From positions 1,760,001 through 1,824,000 of the forward strand of contig OZ250169.1 in the NCBI GenBank assembly GCA_965237955.1: a stretch of 64,000 nucleotides of DNA. Direction: 5' to 3'. Shown here in pieces: positions 19,593-30,671 of this stretch. Below the pieces are notes generated by a model. That model saw nothing but the letters and a program-made list of their open reading frames with translations, was not told the DNA's origin and made no database searches. This DNA comes from Candidatus Marinacidobacterales bacterium (GTDB taxonomy: Bacteria; Acidobacteriota; Vicinamibacteria; Marinacidobacterales; SMYC01). How positions within the stretch are numbered: position 1 is the first letter of the stretch; each line of letters opens with the position of its first letter. The position numbers and the translations under genes are program-made.

Positions 19593-22199
19593 ATGGATGT
19601 CAACAAATTCACAGAAAAATCGCAGGAAGCCGTGGCCCAGGCTCTGGCGACACGCCACGGCCATCAGCAAGTGGAGCTCGAGCATCTCTTCCTGGCGCTC
19701 CTCGAGCAAGAGGGTGGCTTGGCAGGGAAGATTTTGTCCCGTCTCGACGTAGACGCCGGGCAGCTGAAACAAAAAGTAGAACAAGAAATCGCGTCGCTTC
19801 CGTCCGTGCAAGGTCCGGGAGCGGGTCAACTCTATTTGGGCACGCGCTTGCGCGAGGTCCTCGACCGTGCGCAGCAAGAGGCATCCCAGCTCAAGGACGA
19901 CTACGTCAGCATCGAGCACCTGCTGCTCGGAATCACCAAAGACGATGGTCCGTCGGGAAAGCTCCTCAAGGAGCACGGTGTCAGTCGGGAATCGCTTCTC
20001 TTGGCGCTCAAGGACGTGCGCGGCTCGCAGCGGGTGACGTCCCAGAATCCGGAAAACACTTATGAGGCCCTGGAGCAATACGGGCGCGATTTGACCGAGC
20101 TCGCGTCGTCGGGAAAGCTCGATCCCGTGATCGGTCGCGACGACGAGATCCGTCGTGTCATCCAGATCCTTTCGCGCCGCACGAAGAACAACCCCGTGCT
20201 CATCGGCGAGCCCGGTGTCGGCAAGACCGCCATCGCCGAAGGCTTGGCCCAGCGCATCGTGCGCGGTGACGTACCGGAAAGCTTGAAGGAAAAGCGGGTC
20301 GTGTCTCTCGATATGGGTGCGCTCATCGCCGGTGCCAAGTACCGCGGCGAGTTCGAAGAGCGTCTCAAGGCGGTTCTCAAAGCAGTGCAGGAATCGGAAG
20401 GCCGCATTATTCTTTTCATCGACGAGCTCCATAACGTCGTCGGTGCCGGTAAAGCCGAGGGTGCGCCCATGGATGCCGGCAACCTCCTGAAGCCCATGCT
20501 CGCTCGCGGCGAGCTCCACTGTATCGGCGCGACCACGCTCGACGAGTACCGGAAGCACATCGAGAAGGACGCCGCACTGGAGAGGCGTTTCCAGACCGTG
20601 CTCGTCGACGAGCCGAGCGCCGAAGACACGATTTCGATCCTGCGCGGACTCAAAGAGCGTTACGAAGTTCACCATGGTGTACGCATCAAGGACGCCGCGC
20701 TCGTCGCCGCCGCGCTTCTATCGCACCGCTACATCTCGGATCGTTTCCTGCCCGACAAAGCTATCGATTTGGTCGACGAGTCGGCCGCGCGTCTCCGGAC
20801 GGAGATCGAAAGCGTTCCCACCCATCTCGACGAAGTGGATCGTCGTGTCATGCAGCTCGAGATCGAGCGGCAAGCTCTCAAGAATGAGAAGGACAAGGCT
20901 TCGAAGCAACGTCTGAAAGCGCTCGAGAGAGAGCTCGCCGACGGAAAGACGCTGGCGGACGCTCTGAGAGCGCAATGGCAGGAGGAGAAAGATCAGATCA
21001 GCTCGGTGCGCAAGCTGCGGGTCGCGATCGAAGAGACCAAGCAGGAGATCGAGAAAGCGGAACGCGCCTACGAGCTGAGCAAGGTTGCCGAGCTTCGATA
21101 CGGCCGTCTCAACGAGCTCGAAGCCCAGCTCAAGGAAGCGGCAGCCGTCCTCGAGAGCAACAAGAGCACGCTCCTGAAAGAAGAAGTCGACGACGAAGAC
21201 ATCGCGGAAGTCGTCGCCCGGTGGACGGGTATCCCAGTGGCGAAGCTTCTCGAAGGCGAAGTCGACAAGCTTCTGAAGCTCGGGGCGCATCTGCACCAAC
21301 GTGTCGTCGGACAGGACGAGGCCGTTGACGCTATCGCCGACGCGGTCGTACGCGCCCGCGCTGGCATCCAGGATCCAGAGCGGCCGATCGGAAGCTTCAT
21401 CTTCCTCGGCCCTACCGGGGTCGGCAAGACCGAGCTCGCACGGACGCTCGCGGCTTATCTGTTCAACGACGAGAAGGCGCTCATCCGGATCGACATGAGC
21501 GAGTATCTGGAAAAACACGCGGTGGCCCGCCTCATTGGAGCGCCCCCGGGCTACGTTGGGTACGAGGAAGGCGGCCAGCTCACCGAAGCGGTGCGCCGGA
21601 AGCCGTTCTCGGTCGTGCTCTTCGACGAAGTCGAGAAAGCGCATCCCGACGTCTTCAACTTGCTGTTGCAGATCCTCGACGAGGGCCGTTTGACGGACTC
21701 GCAGGGACGCACCGTCGACTTCCGTAACACCGTGCTTATCATGACATCCAACATCGGTAGCGCCGAGATCCTCGAATTCGAAGGAGCAACCGATAGCGAG
21801 CACTACCAGAGCATGAAGAGCCAGGTGCTCGAGTTGATGAAGCATCACTTCCGTCCCGAGTTCTTGAATCGGGTCGATGAGACCGTGGTATTCCATGCGC
21901 TCGACCGGGAGCAGCTCGTGGCCATCGTCGACATCCAGCTCGAACGCCTGCGCCGCCGGCTCGCCGAAAAACGCATCGAGCTCGAGCTCACCGACGAAGC
22001 CAAGCGCTTTATCGCCGAGGCGGGCTACGACCCCGTCTACGGTGCGCGCCCCATCAAACGGACGATTCAGAAGTCGGTCGAGACCGAGATTGCAAGAAAG
22101 CTTCTCTCTGGAGAGATCCGGGAAGGGACGAAGCTCACGGTCAATGTGCAGGATGGACGGTTGAGCTTTAGCAGCCAGTCTGCAGTTCCTGCTTCTTAG
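19593..22199 (+). CDS. clpB: Disaggregase ClpB
   Basis: Two AAA+ modules ([16 protein letters not shown]) and a long coiled-coil M domain. Confidence 0.98.
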   Translation: MDVNKFTEKSQEAVAQALATRHGHQQVELEHLFLALLEQEGGLAGKILSRLDVDAGQLKQKVEQEIASLPSVQGPGAGQLYLGTRLREVLDRAQQEASQLKDDYVSIEHLLLGITKDDGPSGKLLKEHGVSRESLLLALKDVRGSQRVTSQNPENTYEALEQYGRDLTELASSGKLDPVIGRDDEIRRVIQILSRRTKNNPVLIGEPGVGKTAIAEGLAQRIVRGDVPESLKEKRVVSLDMGALIAGAKYRGEFEERLKAVLKAVQESEGRIILFIDELHNVVGAGKAEGAPMDAGNLLKPMLARGELHCIGATTLDEYRKHIEKDAALERRFQTVLVDEPSAEDTISILRGLKERYEVHHGVRIKDAALVAAALLSHRYISDRFLPDKAIDLVDESAARLRTEIESVPTHLDEVDRRVMQLEIERQALKNEKDKASKQRLKALERELADGKTLADALRAQWQEEKDQISSVRKLRVAIEETKQEIEKAERAYELSKVAELRYGRLNELEAQLKEAAAVLESNKSTLLKEEVDDEDIAEVVARWTGIPVAKLLEGEVDKLLKLGAHLHQRVVGQDEAVDAIADAVVRARAGIQDPERPIGSFIFLGPTGVGKTELARTLAAYLFNDEKALIRIDMSEYLEKHAVARLIGAPPGYVGYEEGGQLTEAVRRKPFSVVLFDEVEKAHPDVFNLLLQILDEGRLTDSQGRTVDFRNTVLIMTSNIGSAEILEFEGATDSEHYQSMKSQVLELMKHHFRPEFLNRVDETVVFHALDREQLVAIVDIQLERLRRRLAEKRIELELTDEAKRFIAEAGYDPVYGARPIKRTIQKSVETEIARKLLSGEIREGTKLTVNVQDGRLSFSSQSAVPAS

Positions 22200-22200
22200 G

Positions 22201-22347
22201 GGCTTTGGTGCACGAATAGCTCTTGACTCCGGCAACCGCTTCGACTGAACTTCTCGATACATCGAATATCGAGGAGATGAACCCATGGCCGCGCGCAAGT
22301 CCAGCCGAGTGAACAGCAAATACACGACGAAGTACCGCGTGACCAAT
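22201..22347 (+). mobile_element. IS5-family (IS903-like) left-end remnant
   Basis: Starts GGCTTTGGTGCACGAA (IS903-like IR); ORF from 22285 MAARKSSRVNSKYTTKYRVTN, then truncated. Confidence 0.65.
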
Positions 22348-22403
22348 CCGACGTTTCACAGCCGATGGGCCTACGATACTTTGAGAAAAGGTGGGCGATA
22401 CTA

Positions 22404-22511
22404 CTAGTGCCGGTCCAACTATATGGACCGAAAACCGGTGTCGCTCCGGAACGACACGCCGTTCCATTGGGCGTCGACGTTCTTAGGCGGAACAAGTTGG
22501 AACGGCACTAG
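22404..22511. mobile_element. 108-bp MITE (type 2) bounded by CTAG
   Basis: 17-bp TIR CTAGTGCCGGTCCAACT / AGTTGGAACGGCACTAG with 1 mismatch; internal hairpins. Confidence 0.75.
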
Positions 22512-22567
22512 TCCCATGGAACAGAAAAAGATAGACAACACCGGCCCTTCTGTGATCTGCTAAATGC

Positions 22568-23809
22568 ATGAAACACAAGGGCCGGCGAAAAGCCGAATTG
22601 AAGCTGTCGTCTCAAGAAAGCGAAGCGCTGACGCGACTGGCGCGACGCAGCCGTAGTTCGCCGCACCAAGCCTTCCGAGCGAAGATCGTGCTGGATTGCG
22701 CGGCGGGTCTGACGAATATGGAAGTTGCTAGCCCCCTGGATCTTTGATTACTATACAAAGTTAGGCTTTTCGCCAGCCCATAAGATTCATAAGATTCATG
22801 CACTTAGAATGGTTTCGGCAAGCTCTGCTTTATCTAGTTTGTTCTGATACAGGGGACTAGGAAGATGCACACCATGAGGAGCACGGTGGGCAAGTGGCGA
22901 AGACGCTTTGTAGAACAACGAATGGAAGGGTTGTACGACGAACCTCGGCCGGGAGCGGCTCGCAAAATCGGCGATGACCAGATCGAGGAAGTCCTGACCA
23001 AGACGCTGGAGACGACTCCAAAGGGGAGAACCCATTGGAGTACGCGCTCGATGGCCAAGCATCTTGGGCTGAGTCATTCGACGATTGGACGTATTTGGCG
23101 AACGTTCGGGCTTCAACCGCACCGCTCGGAATCGTTTCGTCTCTCGCAAGACCCACAACTGGTCGAAAAAGTACGCGACGTTGTTGGCCTGTATATGAAC
23201 CCACCGGATAACGCGGTCGTCCTGTGCGTCGACGAGAAATCGCAGATTCAAGCGCTCGAGCGTGCTCAACCTGTCCTGCCCATGAGCTTGGGCCAGCCCG
23301 AGCGACAAACCCACGACTACATTCGGCATGGAACGACTGACCTGTTTGCCGCACTCGACGCCGCAACAGGTGAAGTCTTCGGAAAGTGCTACGCGCGACA
23401 TCGAGCGCTAGAGTTCAAGAAGTTCCTCGCTGAGATCGAAGCAGCCGTTCCCAGCGAGTTGGACATCCACGTCGTGCTCGACAATCTCGCCACGCACAAG
23501 ACACCGGCGATCAAACGCTGGCTTTCCAAGCGACCTCGGTTCCACTTTCACTTCACACCGACACACGCCTCTTGGCTCAACTTCGCTGAGCGCTTCTTTG
23601 GCTTGCTCACCGAACACGCCTTGCGACGAGGCTCGCACACGAGCGTGCCTCAGCTCCGCGCTGCGATACAAGACTATCTCGATGCTCACAACGAGAACCC
23701 AAAGCCGTTCAAGTGGACGAAATCCGCCGACCAAATCCTCGAAACCATCGCTCGGTTCGCCCAGCGAACGCTCGATACACATGGCAAATCGAATTTGGAC
23801 AGTAATTAA
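22568..23809 (+). pseudogene. IS630 transposase interrupted by a MITE
   Basis: N-terminus MKHKGRRKAEL...RAKIVL...EVA rejoins [17 protein letters not shown] once 129 bp are removed; [30 protein letters not shown]. Confidence 0.9.
22728..22860 (-). mobile_element. 133-bp IS630-type MITE, copy 1
   Basis: Near-identical to 27367-27499 and 30816-30948; CTAG at both ends. Confidence 0.95.
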
Positions 23810-23856
23810 AGATCAAGGGGACTAGGCTCCTAATGATCTCGGATCGGGGTTAGAGC

Positions 23857-25266
23857 GTGCGAAAGCCGACCCGACGTGAGTTTCTGCGTGCAGCGCTAGG
23901 GGCGAGTCTAGCGCTGCCGGCGGCGTCCGGCCTCGGCGGAGGACAAACCAACCAACGGACGGCCGCCCCGGACCTATGGGGGCTGGGGTTTCCCGATCCG
24001 GCGGTGGGATGGCGCGGAGACTCCTCGGTCGCTGCGGCTCTCCGGGCCGGGCAGAGCCTTCAGTCGTTCTCCGCACCCTTTCCGCAAGTCGAAGCGAAAC
24101 CTGCCACGTCCTTGAGGGAGCGCTTTGCCGATCTCGACCGGCACTTCATTTTCGACTACTACCCGTGGTACGGGGCCGACCCCTGGAGGCACTGGAACAA
24201 CCGGGACCGCTTTCCGCCCGATGACATTGCTGCTACCAGCGTCCCTCACCTGGGGCCCTATGATTCCAAGTCCACTGCGGTACTGGAACGGCACGCACGC
24301 TGGATTGCCGAGTCCGGTGTAGGTGCGATCGCACTCTCCTGGTGGGGGCGGGGAAGCTACGAGGATGCCGCGGTCCCCCTGGTCATGGATGTCATGAAGG
24401 CTCATGACATCAAAGTTACTTTTGGTCTCGAACCTTATGCCAACGATCGCGGAAGCCGATACGCCCAGGACATCCTTTACTTGCTTCGGGAGTTCGGTGA
24501 GAAACGCGGTTGGGATGCCTTCCTCGTATTGAAGAACGAAGACGGCGCGGAGCGGCCGGTATTCAAAGGATTCCGACTCATTCTCCCGCGGGCGATCGTC
24601 GACTGTCACGGCATCACACATCGGGTACCTGATTTCACGCCGGACGGGGTTTGGCGGCGTCAGACAGACCGCCTTCGGGAGACCCTCAGGCGAGACTTCG
24701 ATCACATCACGCTCCTCGCGGACTCGCTCGATTTCGTGAGGACCCCGGCGTCCGGCTTCGATGGTGTTGGCATCTACGACAATTTCATCGAGCCGGATCG
24801 TTACGCAGGGTTCGCTGCCGGTGCTTCGCGGCAAGACCTCCTCTTCTCTTTCAACACGAATCCCGGCTTCGATGGTATCGAGCCGGGACAGGTCGATCCC
24901 GATAGCTGCTATGAGCCGCTCCCGTTTGCGCCCCCGACTGAAGGCCTCGACTGGGATTTGCTGCATGAGCGGGATCGAGCAGCGCGGTTGTCGGCGGAGA
25001 GGATCAAAGAGTCACTACAAGCTACGATTCGCGTTCAGAGTTTTGCGACTCTCACGAACTCTCAGCGCGGCTTTTTTCTCGTCTACCTCAACTCGTTCAA
25101 CGAATGGCACGAAGGCCACGCCTTCGAGCCCATGAAGGACTGGACGGAGCTTCGCGCCGAAGAAAAGGCTCTTGGTTACCATAACCCCACCTGGGGCGAC
25201 TACAGGCTGGCCACTTTGAGCGCGGAGCTCCGCGACGTCGGAGCGCTCAGCTCGTCGGCACCTTGA
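23857..25266 (+). CDS. Tat-exported glycoside hydrolase, GH99/GH71-like
   Basis: TRREFL Tat signal; YYPWYG, LGPYDS, SWWG, NSFNEWHEG. Confidence 0.75.
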   Translation: MRKPTRREFLRAALGASLALPAASGLGGGQTNQRTAAPDLWGLGFPDPAVGWRGDSSVAAALRAGQSLQSFSAPFPQVEAKPATSLRERFADLDRHFIFDYYPWYGADPWRHWNNRDRFPPDDIAATSVPHLGPYDSKSTAVLERHARWIAESGVGAIALSWWGRGSYEDAAVPLVMDVMKAHDIKVTFGLEPYANDRGSRYAQDILYLLREFGEKRGWDAFLVLKNEDGAERPVFKGFRLILPRAIVDCHGITHRVPDFTPDGVWRRQTDRLRETLRRDFDHITLLADSLDFVRTPASGFDGVGIYDNFIEPDRYAGFAAGASRQDLLFSFNTNPGFDGIEPGQVDPDSCYEPLPFAPPTEGLDWDLLHERDRAARLSAERIKESLQATIRVQSFATLTNSQRGFFLVYLNSFNEWHEGHAFEPMKDWTELRAEEKALGYHNPTWGDYRLATLSAELRDVGALSSSAP

Positions 25267-25538
25267 CCTCGTTTCTCGCCTCGATCTTTTGAATGACCGC
25301 TTGCATCTTCTGGCGGCCCGAGGGTGTTGTCAAGTTGAGGGCTTCAAGGCCGATTCGACCCCAAGATATGGTCGACGGCGCATCCTCGTGCCCCCACGAT
25401 ATTGGGGCGCGATTCGGCAACTTGACAGCAATGGCACCGCCCGTGTGGGCGGAGGTCATCGGGGAATGAACGAAATCCGTTCGTTCACTCGAAAGTACCT
25501 CGGCGGATCTACGAGTTATTCGAAGAGAACCTGAAGCC

Positions 25539-25577
25539 AAAACGAAAAATGGGGGGCAGGCTGACTGCCTGCCCCCC
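25539..25577 (-). terminator. Intrinsic terminator (minus strand)
   Basis: Perfect 11-bp stem GGGGGGCAGGC/GCCTGCCCCCC followed by AUUUUUCGUUUU. Confidence 0.85.
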
Positions 25578-25663
25578 AGATTTCTATCCCCGGGAGGCGG
25601 TGCGGGGGGCACCCCCCGGGGCTGGCGTCGAGATTGAGGAGCGACGCCAAATGCGTTCTCGGA
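25540..25663 (-). ncRNA. Candidate sigma54-dependent small RNA with three stem-loops
   Basis: Lies between a consensus -24/-12 box and an intrinsic terminator; hairpins at 25623-25649, 25588-25621, 25551-25577. Confidence 0.6.
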
Positions 25664-25673
25664 CACCCTTTCA

Positions 25674-25689
25674 AGCAATTGGCGTGCCA
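25674..25689 (-). promoter_or_regulatory. sigma54 (-24/-12) promoter
   Basis: Minus strand TGGCACGccaaTTGCT matches TGGCACG-N4-TTGCW exactly; IHF-like TAGCAATGGGTTA at 25719-25731. Confidence 0.8.
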
Positions 25690-26017
25690 GTAACGGGTCT
25701 TCGGTGTAACTGTATATATAGCAATGGGTTATCGATGTATTGCCAAAGTCCGCCACGAGCTTCGGATTCAAATTTGAAACTGGACGTAAACTTATTACAT
25801 TTAAAAATTTAACACTTGGCGAGCTTGTGCGCGGGCTAGATCTACTTGAAGGCCCTTTATTGGGCAGGCTTGGGCGTGGCCGGGCAGTCAACGTTTAGTC
25901 GGCAAGGCCGATCGGGCACGGGCACGGGCGGTCGGGCACGACTGGAGGCTGAGCTGTCTGGTAGAATTGAGGTACACCACAACTACGTCACACGTCCTGA
26001 ACGCTGGGCGCTCCCCG

Positions 26018-27594
26018 ATGAACCAGCAGGTCGCAGAAGCTTTCAAGAAGCTCTACTTCGGCAAGCGCACCGGTGTGCTTACGTGTGAGGCGGACGCGGC
26101 GCGCCGCGCGGTCTACTTTCAGTCCGGGTTCGTCGTGAGCGCTTCCTCGAGCCTGGAGCAGGATCGGCTTGGCGAAGTCATGATCCGCCACGGTCGCATC
26201 ACTCAACAGCAGTTCGAAGATGCATCGCACTTCATCAAGAGCGGTTGGAAGCTGGGCGAGATCCTGGCCGAGCTGAGCGTTATCGATGAGGAAGAGATCG
26301 AGTCTTTCGTGCGGCTCCAGCTTCTCGACATCGCGTGCACGCAACTCATTCGCCCGCCCAAGCGGCTGTCGTTTGCGGCTCTTAGCGGAGTCGACGCCTA
26401 CCTCGAGGCGCCGCTTTCGGTCGCCGACATTCTCATGGAGGCGGCGCGCCGCACTCCCAAGCTCGGGTCGAAGCTCAGAGCGCTCAAGGGGGGAAAACGC
26501 AAGCTCGGGTTCCCGAGCGACCCCCTCAAACGTTTCCAGGACGTCAACCTGCAACCCGAAGAAGCGTTCGTACTGTCACGAGTGGACGGAACGCAGACCC
26601 CGAGGGACATTTTCGCGGTGAGCCCGCTGTCCGAGGAGCAGACCGCTCGTACTTTGCTGGGCCTGCTCGAAGCTCAGCTCATCGAGCCCGAAGGCACCGA
26701 TGTCGTCGAGCCCAAAGTGACCGAAGTCGAGGCAGCCGAACCAGAAGATGACGTCGACACCAGCCAAACGCTGAGGCGGGGCGAGCAGCGTGACCGCGAG
26801 CGTGCGTCCGTCGAGCGGCTCTACCAGGAAGTCCAATTCCAAGATCATTGGCAGGTCCTTTCGATCGATCGGGGAGCGTCTTCGGAGATGATCAAGGAAG
26901 CTTTTTTTAGCGGTGCGAAGGCCTACCATCCCGACATGTTTCGCCATATTACGGAGCCCGAGTTCCAAGAGAAGCTGTCGTTCATCTTTCAACGGATCAA
27001 CGAGGCGTACGAAACGCTTTCTTCGAACGATCCATGGAGCGTTACGAGTCGCTTCGAGCGAAAGAAGAGCTCTACGCCCAATCCCAGCAGGGTCCCCCGT
27101 CGCCCGCATCGAGGGCAGCGTCGCGAGGGAAACCAAGCGATGTCGCCAGCCTGTTCCACCGCGCACATCTGGCGTTCGATAGCGAGGACTTCTGGAGGTG
27201 CATCGAGCTCTCGCGCGAAGCCGTCGACCTCGCACCCGATTGCGCCGCCTACTACAACCTACTCGGCCTGGCTCTAGCCAAGAACCCGAAGTGGCGTCAG
27301 GACGCCGAGAAAAATCTGAAGATCGCGGCGAACCTGGATCCCTTCAAAGCGTCCTACGTCTTAGAGCTAGTCCCCTGTATCAGAACAAACTAGATAAAGC
27401 ATAGCTTGCCGAAACCATTCTAAGTGCATGAATCTTATGAATCTTATGGGCTGGCGAAAAGCCTAACTTTGTATAGTAATCAAAGATCCAGGGGACTAGC
27501 GAAACTCTACGAGAGAGCTGGCCTGCACCTGAGAGCCCAAAAAACGCTCGAGAAGGCCCAAGCGATCGATCCGACGGTAGAAGGGCCGGAGTAG
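26018..27594 (+). pseudogene. DUF4388-like / J-domain / TPR protein, frameshifted (~27030) and interrupted by a MITE
   Basis: RLGEVMIRHG, YHPD J-domain motif, TPR helices; removing the MITE restores LELAKLYERAGL...GPE*. Confidence 0.8.
27367..27499 (+). mobile_element. 133-bp IS630-type MITE, copy 2
   Basis: CTAGTCCCCTG...CAGGGGACTAG. Confidence 0.95.
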
Positions 27595-27607
27595 GCCGCT
27601 GCTGCAA

Positions 27608-29020
27608 CTAGCCTTCTTTCTCATACTGCTTTAGCTTCCGCCAAAGCGTCGCCGTCGTAATACCGAGTCGTCGCGCGGTGTTCTTGCGGCTGCCACTACA
27701 CTCCGCGAGCACTTCGAGGATGTACTCCTTTTCGAGCTCGGACAGCGTGAGCGAGCTCTGTCGGGCGTGGTCGATGACCCGATCTTCGTTGCGATCGGAC
27801 TCGCCAAAAGGTAGGTCGTCCATCCCGAGGATGCCGTCTCGATCGAGAGCCGCGGCCCGTTCGATAATGTTCTCGAGCTCGCGCACGTTGCCCCGCCACG
27901 TCTGCTTCAACAGAAGGTCCATGGCTTGCGGTGAGATCGCGGGCGGCTGCGCTTTGCCCATCCGCTCGGCGATGCGCCGCACGAAGTGTTGCGCGAGAGG
28001 CGGAATATCGTCGCGTCGTGCGCGTAGCGGAGGGAGCTCGATGGGAATGACGTTGAGGCGATAGAAGAGATCCTCGCGGAAGTCGCGGTCCGCGACGCTT
28101 TTCTCTAGGTCGCGATTCGTCGCGGCGATGATGCGAACGTCGAGGTTGCGACTCGCGGTCGTTCCCACGCGGCGGACTTCGCCGTTTTGCAGGAAGCGCA
28201 ACATCTTGACTTGCGCCATCTGAGTCAGCTCGCCCACCTCGTCGAGAAACGCGGTGCCGCCGTGGGCTTCGTCGAAGAGCCCGCGTTTGTCGGCGTAGGC
28301 TCCGGTGAACGCGCCTTTCGTGTGGCCGAAAAGTTCACTTTCCTGCAGGTTCTCCGGAATCGCACCGCAGTTCACGATAACGAGGGGCTTGTCTTTCCTC
28401 GGTGAGAGCTGGTGGAGCGCTCGCGCGACGAGCTCCTTTCCGGTGCCGCTTTCTCCGGTGATGAGCACGGTGGATTCGAGTCGAGCCACCTGGTCGACCA
28501 TCTTCAATACGTCGTTCATCGCCTGTGACGTGCACACGATTTCCTCGAATGGGTGTTGACCGCGAACGGCTTGCTCGAGCAGTCGAACGCGTTGCGTCAA
28601 TCCCTTGCGTTCGAGCGCGCGCCCCGCGACGAGGGTAAGCTCCTCTGGCTGGAACGGCTTGGTGAGGTAGTCGTAGGCGCCGGACTTGATAGCTTCGACG
28701 GCTCCTTCGATCGTCCCGTAGGCCGTCATCACCACGACTTCGGTGTCGGGAAAGAGCTCCTTGCTGCGGGTGAGCACGTCCATGCCGCTCATACCGGTGA
28801 GGCGCATATCGGTGATGACGAGGTCGAAGGGCTTCTTGTACAGGTACTCGAGCGCCTGCTCGCCGCTTTCCGCAGACTCCACCGTGTAGCCTTCACGGCG
28901 GAACGTGATGACCATCGACTCGCGGATGGGCGCCTGGTCGTCGACGACGAGGACAGACACACTTTGGACCGATTCCTCGGACGTGTCCTCAGCGACGGAT
29001 CTCGATCGGTTGGTGCTCAT
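27608..29020 (-). CDS. NtrC-family sigma54-dependent response regulator
   Basis: REC domain, GESGTGKE, GAFTGA, Fis-type HTH. Confidence 0.96.
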   Translation of the reverse strand: MSTNRSRSVAEDTSEESVQSVSVLVVDDQAPIRESMVITFRREGYTVESAESGEQALEYLYKKPFDLVITDMRLTGMSGMDVLTRSKELFPDTEVVVMTAYGTIEGAVEAIKSGAYDYLTKPFQPEELTLVAGRALERKGLTQRVRLLEQAVRGQHPFEEIVCTSQAMNDVLKMVDQVARLESTVLITGESGTGKELVARALHQLSPRKDKPLVIVNCGAIPENLQESELFGHTKGAFTGAYADKRGLFDEAHGGTAFLDEVGELTQMAQVKMLRFLQNGEVRRVGTTASRNLDVRIIAATNRDLEKSVADRDFREDLFYRLNVIPIELPPLRARRDDIPPLAQHFVRRIAERMGKAQPPAISPQAMDLLLKQTWRGNVRELENIIERAAALDRDGILGMDDLPFGESDRNEDRVIDHARQSSLTLSELEKEYILEVLAECSGSRKNTARRLGITTATLWRKLKQYEKEG

Positions 29021-30244
29021 CGGAACTCGATTCTGAACTCATGGGAAATCTCAATCGGAACGCGCTTCCTCGTCCCTCTTCGCTTTCTACTTCGACCTCG
29101 CCGGCATGTGCTTCGACGACGCGGTGCACGATCGCGAGGCCCAGCCCGGTGCCATCGGCCTTCGTCGTGTGGAAAGGCTGAAAAATTTTGTCTCGCTCGC
29201 TCGCGAGAATACCTTTGCCGGTATCAGCGACGACGATTTCGAGAAAATCGCCACCCTTCGTCGAGCGACTCACTTCCACCCGAATCTCGCCGCCCTTGGG
29301 CATGGCTTCGACCGCGTTCACGAGTAGGTTCCAAAGCGCTTCGCGGGTCTGCGCCGAGTCGAGCGGGACTTTCGGCAAACCGGGCTCGTACTCTTTTTCG
29401 ATTCGGATCTCGCTTTTGCCCGTTTGTTCTTGGGACAGCAGAAGGAGCAGGTCGTCGAGGACGTCGGTCACGTGCTCCGGCATCTTGTGAATGGGCCGCG
29501 GTCGTGCGAACCGGAGAAAATCGGCGACGATATCTTCGAGGCGTTGCGATTCATCGTTGACGACTTCGAGGCGGCGGCGATCGTCGCCGTGTAGATCTAA
29601 ATCGCGCCGGAGAACGCCCACCGAGTTCGAGATTGCGCCTAGTGGGTTTCGAATCTCGTGCGCGATCTGCGCTGCCAACTCACCGATCGCAGCGAGCCGC
29701 TCCGAACGGATCAGTTTCTCCTGCGTCTCCTTCAGCTCCTCGTACGCGCGCCGAGTCTCCTGGAAGAGCTCGCGATAGCGTTTTTCGGATTCCCGCAGTC
29801 GCGCCGTCCGCTCACGCACTTTCCTTTCGAGTGAGCGCTGGTAGTCTTCGTTTTCGGCCTCGAGTCGACCTTTTTCACGTAGAAGCGCGTTCCGCTCGCC
29901 CGCTCGACGACGGCAAGGAGCACCGGACGAGTGACGGGCTTGGTGATGTAGTCGTAAGCGCCTTCTTTGAGAGCCTCGACCGCGGTGGATAAGTCTGGAT
30001 GGCCGGTGACCATGACCACGCTCATGGTCTCGTCGTGTTCGGCTGCAAAACGAAGCAGCGATAATCCGCTCTCTTGCGGGAGCATGAGGTCGGTAAGCGC
30101 GACGTCGAATCGCTTCTCCGCGAGATGTGTCTTGGCCTCGTTGAAGCTCGACGCGGCAACGACCTCATGGCCCTCCAGTTCGAGGACGTCCTGAAAGGTT
30201 GCTCGGACGGTCTCTTCGTCGTCGACGATCAGTATCGATGGCAC
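28989..30244 (-). pseudogene. REC-HisKA-HATPase hybrid sensor kinase with an apparent frameshift near 29895
   Basis: REC in ORF 29732-30244; AHEIRNPL, NAVEAM, DTGKGI, GTGLGL in ORF 28989-29819; the frames join through a 1-nt indel. Confidence 0.8.
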
Positions 30245-30324
30245 GGAGTTGCTCGGTTAGACTTGGTAGGAAGAGATTAGCATTTCGACGTCTGGCGGTG
30301 CAAAAAAAGAGGAGGTAGCTGACC

Positions 30325-30663
30325 GTGGCCTGGATCCGTCCGATTTCGGAAGACGAGGCAACCGGGGATCTCCGTCAGGTTTCCGAAGATGACCAGCTCG
30401 TCGAGCGAGTCAAAAAGGATCCGACCACCGCCGAGCTGACGCCGCGTCAGCGCGCTATCGTCGACTTTGCGATCAAGCTCACCGTAGCGCCAAAGGACGC
30501 ACGCCGTGAGGATTTGGATCCACTGAGAGCGCACGGCCTGGCCGACGATGACATCTTCATGCTCGTCCACGTCATCGGCTACTTCAACCACATCAACCGC
30601 GTGGCCGACGGACTAGGTATCGACTTGGAACCGGGTATGGGACCCTCTCCGTATCTGGAATGA
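30325..30663 (+). CDS. AhpD/CMD-like peroxidase-related protein, apparently internally deleted
   Basis: MAWIRPISEDEATG N-terminus and FAIKLT...FNHINRVADGLG C-terminus; no Cys motif. Confidence 0.65.
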   Translation: MAWIRPISEDEATGDLRQVSEDDQLVERVKKDPTTAELTPRQRAIVDFAIKLTVAPKDARREDLDPLRAHGLADDDIFMLVHVIGYFNHINRVADGLGIDLEPGMGPSPYLE

Positions 30664-30671
30664 TTTTGAAG

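Larger units (their letters stand above)
22508..23825 (+). mobile_element. IS630-family insertion sequence
   Basis: Ends CTAGTCCC... and ...GGGGACTAG flank a DDE transposase. Confidence 0.9.

Noticed and set aside
19557-22346. Long antisense ORFs opposite clpB (also opposite dnaK, RND, rel and others)
   Set aside because: Shadow ORFs expected from high-GC codon bias; no recognisable motifs
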